From the IMG/VR virus record IMGVR_UViG_3300045988_096863: a stretch of DNA of 38,282 nt; one strand, 5' to 3'. Under the pieces are notes generated by a model that did no database searches, had not been told where the DNA came from, and saw only the letters and a program-made list of their open reading frames with translations. A program made the position numbers and the translations under genes. Source of the DNA: a virus. Position 1 is the first letter of the stretch; each line of letters opens with the position of its first letter. This document shows, piece by piece, positions 29,217 through 38,282 of the stretch.

Positions 29217-31679
29217 TTATACAGTAGTTGTATTAATTTTTAACCAGCTACCCCAATCAGACCCAGTTTTCTGTCGCCAAAAAATTTCAGAAGCGTTTGT
29301 ATAAATATACTGCATAAGCACACCAGATCCTGTATCGATTTGATGAACCATTCCTGCACGCCATTGACCGGCAATTGTAGATGGGAGATGTCCGAAATTG
29401 ATAGTTCCCCCGAAAGACCATTTACCACTAGAAGTTAGATTATTCAAATCATATGTGCTTGACAGTCCTCTGATTCGCCATTGACCATCTTCAGGGGCGG
29501 CAGTGTGTTTATGTTCATAGTATCCTGATTCAAACATCAAGTTGCTAATAGTATATGTTGCTTTACTGCCATCAAGTGTCATTCTCAATCGTTCGCCAAA
29601 AACAAAGTTGCGACTGAAAGTAAATAGTTGTGTGATGTGTTGGTCTCCGTTTTTCAAGGTTGCAGTTAATGGAATAGATTGCCATGGGCCTGCAACACCA
29701 TCATCGGCTAACGTTCCGATATACATCTTTCCATTATCGTAATTGGTGATATTGAGATCAAACGATAGTCTTAGAATTGATTTTGCCGGTGCAAGCGATG
29801 GCAAGTCTTCAGGTAACGCCCATTCATGAATGATCTGCCCATTTGTTCTGTTACCAGTAAATGAAAATTTTTCTCTCGTATCAATAGCGAGATTTCTACC
29901 GCCACTAACATCAATCGGTGCTGAAACGATTTTATAAGGTTCTGCTGGGTTGTTTGCCCATGAATTATCAGACCCATCAGTTACAAGGCAAACAGGTGCG
30001 TCGTATTTAGTCGTTTGCCATAAATTAGCACCATTAGGCGGTAGGAAACCATCTGACTTATTTAATCTAAGTGTGATTGTTCCGTCTTGTTTTTCTATTT
30101 CAAAGAATATCTTTGAATACCCCATGTTTTGAGTTGTATGAATATTAACCTCAACGAGTGAACCACTTGCAACGCTTTTAGAGACTCGATAATGATATTC
30201 AATTCCTTGACGTGGATAAATGTCATTTACACCTGCATAGATTTTTACTTTAGGCACAGACGTTCTCAAATTAGCTACTCCACTACTTTCAACAGCTGGC
30301 TTGTAAAATGAGATTGCTTTTTGAATTATTTTCTCTTGATCGTCTGTGGTGATGTTCATTACTGTAAAGTGCTGCGTGCGTGACCCATCGACCGCCGTTA
30401 TATTAATCTCATTGTTCCAAGTAACACCGTCTGAGCTTTCCATTCTATAACTGGAATAGTCTTCAAATTCATCTGCATAGCAATACAATTTTCCATCGCC
30501 AACCACTAACGACGGGCCTTCACAATGATGAGAAAATGGTATGTCAGTTACATAATCAAATTCTCCAGTGATGCTTGTACCTTTATATAATTGAATTTTA
30601 GGGCTGAAATCAGGGAGTCCATAGTGATAGCCATATTTCATAGCTAACCACCAATAGCCATTATAGAATGTTGCGGTATTATCAATGACGTTGGCATACT
30701 CATTTTTGTTGTGATAAACCATTTCTTTCCATGCGCCAAATGATAACGTTGTATAATCAAATTTACAGATATAAGATTTATAATCTGATTCAGGAACCCA
30801 AAATCCATTTGTACCAGATGTTCCCATAATGTAAAAATTACTACCATCAATTACAATTTCCGGTGCCCAATTAACAGCTCCACCTGCAGAATTAATGACT
30901 GGCAATGGTACTTTTGTGAAATTGATTAAATCAGTCGAATATGCTAATCCCCATGTATAAGCGACCCAAAACTTGCCATCAATAAAAGAAATGCTTGGAT
31001 CACGTAATGTGCCTAAACTATCGATTTTAGTTTTATTGATTGGATAAAAATGTTCATAATCATTCGACCAATATAAATCAAGGGCGTTAAAATTAGGCCC
31101 ACCAAATGATGACATTAACGCTTTAAATTGGTTAGGTTGGTCGGTTGAATAATTTTGAGCTTCTTTTTGGTATTTTGCGTCAGATTCAGACTTGTTATAA
31201 AATTCACCATTTTTATACGCTTCATCAATTGCGTTAACTTTTGATTGCAAATCACGTAATGTACCATCAATAATTGTCACATAATCGTCTGCACGTTTTT
31301 GATCAATGTCGATGGATTTTTTGACAATAAAAATTAAATCGTATGTTGTTTGCTGCCCATCGGCAGCATTAAGTGAGAAATATGCCTTTTTGATTTTACC
31401 TGCTTCTGACCACAACGCATTAGGTACTGCATAATCGAACCGACCATTAGTAGCATCGGTTAACGTCACTCCGGCATTGTCAGCTACGACTGCTGTATCG
31501 TTAGCCGTTTTTGCAATCAGATTAACTGTTTGTCCTGTTAAATCAACAGCAGTTCCACGGTCTGTAATTGTTACATGCAGTGTAACAGCACCATTTTTAT
31601 CACCTTGACGGCCTACGATGGGTTCTGGAATTGTTGAATTATAACTATCGAGTAAGATGTCATATGTTCTAATTGCCAT
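29217..31679 (-). CDS. Baseplate/receptor-binding protein: BppU-like N-terminus, GH43-like beta-propeller, C-terminal distal domain
   Basis: N-terminus MAIRTYDILLD...GRQGDKNGAVTLHVTI...DLTGQTV (BppU_N pattern). The central part has RDPSI, WAPEIV and CEGPSL, the GH43 catalytic-motif pattern. Confidence 0.65.
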   Translation of the reverse strand: MAIRTYDILLDSYNSTIPEPIVGRQGDKNGAVTLHVTITDRGTAVDLTGQTVNLIAKTANDTAVVADNAGVTLTDATNGRFDYAVPNALWSEAGKIKKAYFSLNAADGQQTTYDLIFIVKKSIDIDQKRADDYVTIIDGTLRDLQSKVNAIDEAYKNGEFYNKSESDAKYQKEAQNYSTDQPNQFKALMSSFGGPNFNALDLYWSNDYEHFYPINKTKIDSLGTLRDPSISFIDGKFWVAYTWGLAYSTDLINFTKVPLPVINSAGGAVNWAPEIVIDGSNFYIMGTSGTNGFWVPESDYKSYICKFDYTTLSFGAWKEMVYHNKNEYANVIDNTATFYNGYWWLAMKYGYHYGLPDFSPKIQLYKGTSITGEFDYVTDIPFSHHCEGPSLVVGDGKLYCYADEFEDYSSYRMESSDGVTWNNEINITAVDGSRTQHFTVMNITTDDQEKIIQKAISFYKPAVESSGVANLRTSVPKVKIYAGVNDIYPRQGIEYHYRVSKSVASGSLVEVNIHTTQNMGYSKIFFEIEKQDGTITLRLNKSDGFLPPNGANLWQTTKYDAPVCLVTDGSDNSWANNPAEPYKIVSAPIDVSGGRNLAIDTREKFSFTGNRTNGQIIHEWALPEDLPSLAPAKSILRLSFDLNITNYDNGKMYIGTLADDGVAGPWQSIPLTATLKNGDQHITQLFTFSRNFVFGERLRMTLDGSKATYTISNLMFESGYYEHKHTAAPEDGQWRIRGLSSTYDLNNLTSSGKWSFGGTINFGHLPSTIAGQWRAGMVHQIDTGSGVLMQYIYTNASEIFWRQKTGSDWGSWLKINTTTV

Positions 31680-33885
31680 CTACATTACCACCTTTGTATT
31701 CTTTGTATTCGTCATTACTAATTGTACCAGTTCCTTCTTCAATTTTCTTCACTTCATCTAACGTCATATTGGTTTTAACTAATCGATCATCTTCATATCC
31801 GCGACGCTTGGCCTTTAACTCCCATGCAAAATTAGCATTAGGCTCGTCAGATTTTACGACAAATCCATCTTCGTTGCGCGCTTCAACCCAAACATGAGCT
31901 TTACTATAACTTTGCAAAAACACTTGATATTTAATGTTGGTGTTTACAATGTCACCGAATATTGGATCAACTGGAACAACGACTTCACAATTGCTATCTG
32001 TGGTTGATTCTCCCATATCACCGAACCAACTTTCAGCCATTTCATACGCAGGCGTAGCACGCACACCATCACGTGTAACAGTGGCTGCGTTCTTAGTACC
32101 ATTGTATACAGTGAAATTACCATAAACATCAACCCGATCATCATAAACATTTAATTGGTTAGCTTTACCGCTATTAGCACTAATTACTACTTGTTGTTTT
32201 CCCATAATCCAGAATGCGCTGTCTTTCTGACTAACGATATCTCCATCGGTGAAATAGTTACCAGATGAGTATAATTGCGCTTGAACATTCAAATTAGATT
32301 GGCAGTTTCCAAACAATTTATATTGTGGCTGGTCGATTGTTGATGTTTTTGGTATCTGAAATACCGCTCGTGACAATGATTGGTCTTTGTTAGATTGGTT
32401 AATACTGAATATATAACCAGGTGAGTTCCAAACCGCAAACCCGTTAACTTTTCCGGTAGCTTTATCGTTAGTAGCATAGATTCCTCCCATAGAATCGCCA
32501 TCATTGAAATACTCCATATTACCTTTTTGCAATGTAATTCTGAATTTATCGACATCATCAACCGTATTGTAAGTGATACCATTGATAACGCCGGCAACAA
32601 TATTACTAGCGTTAATATTCTTAATGTTGATGTTTTGTCCATCAATGCTTTCAGCAGTGATCGCTGTTTTAAATGTTTGCCCACCATCGGTAGAAACTCC
32701 AATACCGGCCGAGTTTAAAATAACCATATTATTATGATTATTTGTATCGACTGCAATGATACCTTGATCGGTAAACTTCAATTCAGTTCTAGCAGCCAAA
32801 ATGCTGTTAGTAGCCAATTGCATTTGTTCGCTGAACCATGCGTCAGGTAATGTTGAATTACCATTCATAATGTCTGTGATTGTGCTAGTAGCAACCGATG
32901 AACTGACTGATTGTGTCTGTGCCATAGTTAAATCACCGCACGTTACATCAACCGAAATGCGTTCGCCATTTATATTATATGAACTGACAACCTTAATAAT
33001 ACGCACTTCATCTTCAAAACCTAACGATTCATCTACAATTGTAATTGAATCGCCAGCACTAGCCATTGCATATGGATAACCAGCATTTTGTAAATCTAAC
33101 AATGACACGGTGATTGCCAAACTCCAACTATTATCAACTTTAGCTTTAACTGCAGCCAACAAATTATCAGCAACTTTGTATCGCTCATCATCAACCGGCT
33201 CAGCTTCAATAGTTCCAAATTTATCTTTATACATATCGTATAGTGGACTGTAATATTCAACCGATAACCGCGGTGACGTTTGATCGTCAACATTATTGTG
33301 TGCACCATAACCTACACCATAAGTTGCAAACGAGCTACTATTGGTTTCGATTTCAGCTTTTGCTAGGTTGAATCCTTGACGAACAACAGTTGATAGGTCA
33401 GATCCAATTTTGTTTTTGATATAAACCGTTGTTCCTTGGACTTCAAATTCGGCTGAAATTTGATTGATAATATCATTGAACAACGATAACTTATCTTTCA
33501 ATCCCCAATTTTCTTTTTCAAACGCAGCTGTTGATGTTTCGTTGTTGTATGAATACCCAGTGTCTTTAAAAATAGCGTTTAAATATTCGCTTAACGGGTG
33601 TGATCCATTCCACTTTTCATGAAACGCCTTAATACTTAACGTGTAGAAAAACATTTGAACGGCTGAAAACGATACCGTGTTGTCTTTGTCATTATATCTG
33701 AACGTAACGATAGCATATTCTTCGTCATTGAATATCATCGTCCAACCTTTTGCAAGTTTTTTCTTTACATCATTGCCAAAATAAATCGTACCTGTTAACG
33801 ATTTTTCACCATTAACACCTTCGGTAATCTTGATTTCAGTATCAGCAACATATTCGTTATTGCTAATATCTTTAAACACTGTCAT
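31669..33885 (-). CDS. Tail-associated lysin-like / tail tip protein (Tal, prophage-tail endopeptidase family N-terminus)
   Basis: 738 aa, immediately after Dit. Called from synteny and N-terminal pattern. Confidence 0.65.
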   Translation of the reverse strand: MTVFKDISNNEYVADTEIKITEGVNGEKSLTGTIYFGNDVKKKLAKGWTMIFNDEEYAIVTFRYNDKDNTVSFSAVQMFFYTLSIKAFHEKWNGSHPLSEYLNAIFKDTGYSYNNETSTAAFEKENWGLKDKLSLFNDIINQISAEFEVQGTTVYIKNKIGSDLSTVVRQGFNLAKAEIETNSSSFATYGVGYGAHNNVDDQTSPRLSVEYYSPLYDMYKDKFGTIEAEPVDDERYKVADNLLAAVKAKVDNSWSLAITVSLLDLQNAGYPYAMASAGDSITIVDESLGFEDEVRIIKVVSSYNINGERISVDVTCGDLTMAQTQSVSSSVATSTITDIMNGNSTLPDAWFSEQMQLATNSILAARTELKFTDQGIIAVDTNNHNNMVILNSAGIGVSTDGGQTFKTAITAESIDGQNINIKNINASNIVAGVINGITYNTVDDVDKFRITLQKGNMEYFNDGDSMGGIYATNDKATGKVNGFAVWNSPGYIFSINQSNKDQSLSRAVFQIPKTSTIDQPQYKLFGNCQSNLNVQAQLYSSGNYFTDGDIVSQKDSAFWIMGKQQVVISANSGKANQLNVYDDRVDVYGNFTVYNGTKNAATVTRDGVRATPAYEMAESWFGDMGESTTDSNCEVVVPVDPIFGDIVNTNIKYQVFLQSYSKAHVWVEARNEDGFVVKSDEPNANFAWELKAKRRGYEDDRLVKTNMTLDEVKKIEEGTGTISNDEYKEYKGGNVDGN

Positions 33886-33899
33886 TAATTAGTCACCTC

Positions 33900-34718
33900 C
33901 TATGCGTATAAATCCTGAAAGTTTAAAATTCTTATTTCACCTGCAATTGAACTTGAAATTTTGTTTGCAACTCCTGGCAAAAATTTAAAATGAGCCTTGT
34001 TAGTAGCTTTGACAATGCTTATACCATTTTTAGTATATTCATATCCGGAAAGTTTAAAAACATCTCCTGACACAACATTTCCAGGAGCAATAAAATCAGT
34101 CCCATTTAATGATATTTTTAAATTTGCACCTGATGCTTTAGCTGCAAACTCAACAATAAACCCTTGCTCAAGCTGACTGCAAATCACCGTGCCAGCATAC
34201 GGGATAATTCCATTATTAATTTCTAAATCACGTGGCACACTCTCACCGTAAGGCAATTTCATCGTTGCAAACTTAGCGCTGATTTTATATAACACGTGGC
34301 CGCCATACGATCCAACCAATTCAGATTCTAACGAACTAGCATACACATAGAATCGTTTGTGGCTTGGCCGGTTTACCTGTTTGTCGAAGTAATCGCCGCT
34401 TGTTTCTCCAGGCCGTTCAAAGCTATTATCATTATCATTCTTTAATTGCGTGACATAATACCCTTCAGGATCTGATAATAGCGCATAAATTCTTTCACGC
34501 AAATATTCTTCATCTTCTAAATCATCAGCTCGGTAATAGCCAACGTAATCGATTGTTTTAGCTTCGTTCCAACCGCCGAAATCAACGTTACCATTGCGAT
34601 ACTGAATCTGCGTATTGTTACGTTTTACCGATGGCGAACTTTCTTCAAATGATGTTGTAATCACTTTATATCTACTAAGATAAGTACGCTTATCACCTTT
34701 TTCGATTAGTAAATCCAT
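33900..34718 (-). CDS. Distal tail protein (Dit)
   Basis: 272 aa, the first gene after the tape measure gene. Confidence 0.7.
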   Translation of the reverse strand: MDLLIEKGDKRTYLSRYKVITTSFEESSPSVKRNNTQIQYRNGNVDFGGWNEAKTIDYVGYYRADDLEDEEYLRERIYALLSDPEGYYVTQLKNDNDNSFERPGETSGDYFDKQVNRPSHKRFYVYASSLESELVGSYGGHVLYKISAKFATMKLPYGESVPRDLEINNGIIPYAGTVICSQLEQGFIVEFAAKASGANLKISLNGTDFIAPGNVVSGDVFKLSGYEYTKNGISIVKATNKAHFKFLPGVANKISSSIAGEIRILNFQDLYA

Positions 34719-34732
34719 CTTTTCCCCTCCTT

Positions 34733-34763
34733 ATAAAAATAGCCCGCCATACACTGGCAGGCT
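34733..34763 (-). terminator. Hairpin plus short U-run between tape measure and Dit (internal attenuator)
   Basis: AGCCTGCC-AGTGTAT-GGCGGGCT followed by ATTTTTAT. Confidence 0.45.
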
Positions 34764-34784
34764 TTAATTCATTATACTACATTT

Positions 34785-37700
34785 TTAACTCATAAAAAAC
34801 TTACTGCTGACTTGATCGTCTGCTTGACCTTGACTAACAATAGTACGAATCTTGTCGCCAACTAATTCGTTATGAATAACGTATGTTGGTTTAACCCAAT
34901 TTTCAGTATCGATGTTTTGATCGATGCTTCCACCTTGATAGCTTGCGGCTTGCATTGATAGATCACCAGTTTTAATGTCACCAGCTACCGAATTAATACT
35001 GTCGGTTAATGTATCGGCCATGCTAGAAACATTGCTTTTAACGGTTGAAAAGCTATTCATTAACCCAGAATTCAAACCATTCATGATAGCATTACCAGCC
35101 GGAATAAGCAGCTTGGCATCGTAGCTAACAGGTCCTTTGTGTTGACGAATCCAAGATGCAATACCACTTACGAAGCTTTGAACATTACCCCATGCTGCTC
35201 GCAATCCACTGAAAAAGCTATCCATAATCGCACGTCCAGCATCTGCTAAAGAGAAATTTCTTAAAGCATTGAATGCCCCAACAATGCCACTAACAACGCC
35301 ACTAGCGATACTGGAAAATCCACTCCAAGCGCTTCTAACGCCACTGACAATACCACTAGCAATACTTTGAATTGTAGACCTAATGCCATTCCAAGCAGCA
35401 CTGGCAGCTCCTCTAATGCCACTCCACAATCCTGACATGAAAGACCTCAACCCATTAAATAGTGATTGTGCAATTGAAACAGTCCCATTAATTGCAGAAC
35501 TAACTACTGACTTAATTCCATTCCAAGTTGATGAAGCTAATGATTTAAGTCCGTTCCATATCCCTGAAATTAATGATACAGCTCCACTCCATAACGATTG
35601 TGCAATGCTTACAGCTCCTTGAACGGTAGATGTTACAACTGATTTAATACCATTCCAAACAGACGAAGCAACAGACTTTAATGTATTCCAAATAGTCGCT
35701 AATGCTGATCCGATTGCGTTCCATATTCCAATCGCGCTTCCTGAAATCACTCCCCAAATTCCTGACAAAATTCCAACAAAACCATTCCAGATTGTAGAAC
35801 CAGCGCTAACAATTGATGTCCAAACCAAATTTAAATCTGATGAAATCATATTCCATTGGCCGTCAATGAAATCAGCTAGAATTAGAATTGGCGCCATGAT
35901 AACAGCTTTTAACAAATTCCAAATTCCTGTTGCCAAAGTAACAATCCCTGTCCAGATAGTCATAGCAGACGTGGAAATTCCTGTCCAAGCAGTTGTGAAT
36001 GCTGTCATTATTCCCGTCCAAAGAGTTGTAAAGAACGTTGATATAGGAGTGAATACAGCCATTGCAACTGTTACAATGGCATTCCATATAGTCGTTACTA
36101 CTGCTACAATACTAGTCCAAATTGTTGTTGCAACTGTTGATATACCAGTCCAAAGGGTTACAAAAAATGTTGACAGTCCTGTCCAAATTCCAGTAGCAAC
36201 ACCTACAATACTTGACCATATTCCGGAAATTGTAGATGTAAATCCGTTCCACATTGATGTAGCACCATTCGATATTCCAGCCCAAAGGTTGACAAAAAAT
36301 ATAGTCAACCCGTTCCAAACATCAGTAGCAGTCCCAACAATATTATTCCAAGTTGTCCCTAACCAAGTTGTGAAGTCATTCCACATTTTTTTGCCTGTTT
36401 TAGTTTGAGTAAAGAACGTTACGAGCGCGACTACTACCGCAGCTATCGCGGCTATAACAATACCCCAAGGGCCTAGCCCCAATAAGGCTGTTAACCCAGT
36501 CCAAGCGTTCTTTAAAACGCCAATTGCTCCTCCTAAACTAGACATAATAGTTATGATGCTTTGAATCCAGCCAACGACACTGGTAATTATTTTAATTGTT
36601 TTAACTGCCGTAACAAATGTTAGGATCCCTTTGGAAAGTGGGCCAAGCCAATCAGAATTACTATTAATCCAAGCAGTGAAACTATTAAGTGCATTTAAAG
36701 CTATATCAATACCACTTCTAATAGTGCCAAAAACAGTTGTCCATGAAATGTTACTAAAACTGCTACCCATACCAGAAGCAACATTTTCCGCAGTTGTAAT
36801 AAGATTTTTTAATATTGACTGAATTGTTGACACTGTTTGTTGAATCCATGCCGCGTTAAATACGGACTTGAAAGATTTTCCTATTCCATCAATTGCACTT
36901 CTAAATGATGCGGAAGATTGATAAACTTTTGCCAATGCAACAATGAACACTGCAATTGCAGCAGCACCCAATGTCCACGGATTTAAAATAGCTCTGCCAA
37001 TCATAGCCATGTTGCCTTTAAAATTGGTAGCAAATGTGCTCATAGCATTAGAGATAGTTAAAAACGAACCAAATGATGTTAATGCAACTCCAATAGCAGG
37101 AGATAACCCAATGAACCCTCTAACGACTTTTGCCATACTACCATTAGAAGAATTTGCCCAATTCAATGCTTGATTTACCATACCAATCATGGATCCATTT
37201 ATTTTTTTAGCTGCTTCCATTGACTTGTTACGTAAAGATTCCCAATTACCTGTAACTTGTTCGATTGATGATCCAATATTTTTTTGCATTTCTGAAGCTT
37301 GATTTGACAAAAACTTGTTAGATACAGCACCTGAACTACTTGCATCATTTTGTGCTTTAGCATAAGCATCCCATGAAGTTGCAGTATTTCCAGTTTTATC
37401 TTTAACTGAATCTAATAACGGTAGTAAGGCTTGCATGCCAGCAGTGCCAACCATTGTTTTTAGAGCTGCAACCTTTTGACTTTGTGACATGCCATCTGTG
37501 GCCCTGGCTATATCACGTAAAATTTGTGGAAATGGTTTCATCTTACCACTTGCATCTGTAAATTTAAGTCCTAATGCGCTGATTACCCCCTGAGCATTGT
37601 CACTTGGAGCTTGTATAGCAATGATTGCATGGGCTAAATCTTGCGAAGCTCGTTGAGCAGTAAAACCTTTGTTAGTCATTAACCCAATTGCTTCGGTCAT

Positions 37701-38282
37701 GTCACCCATACCATAACCGGCGTTTTTAGCTACACCCCCAATGTTGGCAATAGCACCAGACATATCTTCGATGCTTGCGTTAGACAAGTTAGCTGTTTGA
37801 GTTAAGATTGCTGCTGCACGTGATGGTGATTTAAGGCTTTCCCCCCAAATGTTCATTGATTGTTGAACCGTTCCAGCAGTCGTCTGTAAGTCAGCTCCAG
37901 TCGCAGTTGCTGCTTCTGCGATTGCTGGGAACTCCTTGGTGATCGTTTTAATAGATGCACCATCTTGCGCCATTGAAACCATGGCATCGGCTGCATCTTG
38001 TGCGCTAAGTGGTAATTCAGCACCCATCTTGTTAGCCATGTCTGCTAACTCACCAATATCTTTAGACGTACCACCGGCAATAATAGCGGCCTTGTTAAGT
38101 GACTGCTGGAATGTACCATAAGACTTTAATGCACTAACGCCCATTGCAGTAGTTGCTGCACCGGCCACAGTGGTTACTTTGCCAACTGTACTCATGGCAC
38201 TGGATACTTTACTACCAAAACTCGATGCACTGTTAGTCGCAGACGTAGTACTTGTAGCCATGCGTGACATTGCCGAAGTATA
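34785..38282 (-). CDS. Tape measure protein (about 1179 aa once joined to 120..161)
   Basis: 1161-aa ORF open to the window edge. It sits between the G/GT chaperones and Dit, and has hydrophobic segments and a long array of 11-residue W/F repeats. Confidence 0.9.
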   Translation of the reverse strand, partial: YTSAMSRMATSTTSATNSASSFGSKVSSAMSTVGKVTTVAGAATTAMGVSALKSYGTFQQSLNKAAIIAGGTSKDIGELADMANKMGAELPLSAQDAADAMVSMAQDGASIKTITKEFPAIAEAATATGADLQTTAGTVQQSMNIWGESLKSPSRAAAILTQTANLSNASIEDMSGAIANIGGVAKNAGYGMGDMTEAIGLMTNKGFTAQRASQDLAHAIIAIQAPSDNAQGVISALGLKFTDASGKMKPFPQILRDIARATDGMSQSQKVAALKTMVGTAGMQALLPLLDSVKDKTGNTATSWDAYAKAQNDASSSGAVSNKFLSNQASEMQKNIGSSIEQVTGNWESLRNKSMEAAKKINGSMIGMVNQALNWANSSNGSMAKVVRGFIGLSPAIGVALTSFGSFLTISNAMSTFATNFKGNMAMIGRAILNPWTLGAAAIAVFIVALAKVYQSSASFRSAIDGIGKSFKSVFNAAWIQQTVSTIQSILKNLITTAENVASGMGSSFSNISWTTVFGTIRSGIDIALNALNSFTAWINSNSDWLGPLSKGILTFVTAVKTIKIITSVVGWIQSIITIMSSLGGAIGVLKNAWTGLTALLGLGPWGIVIAAIAAVVVALVTFFTQTKTGKKMWNDFTTWLGTTWNNIVGTATDVWNGLTIFFVNLWAGISNGATSMWNGFTSTISGIWSSIVGVATGIWTGLSTFFVTLWTGISTVATTIWTSIVAVVTTIWNAIVTVAMAVFTPISTFFTTLWTGIMTAFTTAWTGISTSAMTIWTGIVTLATGIWNLLKAVIMAPILILADFIDGQWNMISSDLNLVWTSIVSAGSTIWNGFVGILSGIWGVISGSAIGIWNAIGSALATIWNTLKSVASSVWNGIKSVVTSTVQGAVSIAQSLWSGAVSLISGIWNGLKSLASSTWNGIKSVVSSAINGTVSIAQSLFNGLRSFMSGLWSGIRGAASAAWNGIRSTIQSIASGIVSGVRSAWSGFSSIASGVVSGIVGAFNALRNFSLADAGRAIMDSFFSGLRAAWGNVQSFVSGIASWIRQHKGPVSYDAKLLIPAGNAIMNGLNSGLMNSFSTVKSNVSSMADTLTDSINSVAGDIKTGDLSMQAASYQGGSIDQNIDTENWVKPTYVIHNELVGDKIRTIVSQGQADDQVSSKFFMS
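38164..38282. repeat. Second copy of the 119-bp terminal overlap
   Basis: Identical to 1..119. Confidence 0.97.

Noticed and set aside
35866-36408. 180-aa plus-strand ORF (and 35383..35622, 36631..37173) inside the tape measure gene
   Set aside because: These are antisense to a well-supported 1179-aa gene. They are open only because of the low-complexity 11-residue repeat composition.
1-38282. Prophage or temperate lifestyle (integrase, CI/Cro switch, attP)
   Set aside because: No recombinase-like or repressor-like ORF was found, and there is no divergent transcription unit. All genes share one orientation. The tRNA-like elements are internal to an operon rather than next to an integrase.

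Overview
The window is a complete tailed-phage genome with overlapping ends. Bases 1..119 are identical to 38164..38282, so the unit is 38163 bp, circular or circularly permuted. The linearisation point lies inside the tape measure gene. Every credible gene is on the minus strand, and all plus-strand ORFs in the track look like antisense shadows. No integrase, repressor or other lysogeny module is visible, so the phage looks virulent. GGAGG-type ribosome-binding sites, TGnTATAAT promoters and the gene families point to a low-GC Gram-positive host, probably Lactobacillaceae-like; that is inference only.

Modules in transcription order (descending coordinates):
- Early, 26840 -> 15735: promoters and leader, small peptide, HNH, PD-(D/E)XK exonuclease, control region B, decayed HNH, Sak4-like ATPase, HNH, primase/helicase-like NTPase, HTH, SSB-like protein, SF2 helicase, VRR-NUC, DUF3310-like protein, small membrane peptides. 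It ends with one canonical tRNA, two aberrant tRNA-like elements and a strong terminator.
- Middle, 15717 -> 10734: consensus promoter, RHH regulator, small proteins, orphan DNA methyltransferase, HNH, HTH-metallophosphoesterase, decayed HNH.
- Late, 10733 -> wrap -> 26951: control region A, nrdH, terS, terL, portal, minor head protein, scaffold, major capsid, connectors, major tail, G/GT chaperones, tape measure (wraps the window ends), Dit, Tal, BppU-like receptor-binding protein, membrane proteins, holin, secreted GH25 endolysin.

Most notable finding: terL is a fractured gene. The N-extein runs into 94 residues of intein (blocks A and B) and stops. A free-standing HNH endonuclease gene with its own extended -10 promoter and RBS follows. 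Then the intein C-terminus (blocks F and G, ...VIVHN|C) is fused to the last 34 TerL residues, which carry the DALRY catalytic Asp.

Other observations:
- Two paralogous ~390-bp intergenic control regions built from GTTAGAAA/GTAAGAAA octamers.
- A canonical C_CCA_AAA -1 frameshift that adds an Ig-like domain to the capsid protein.
- A G/GT tail chaperone frameshift.
- Seven HNH endonuclease genes, two of them decayed.
- A signal-peptide endolysin.

All function calls rest on motif recognition by eye and on synteny. No database search was run.
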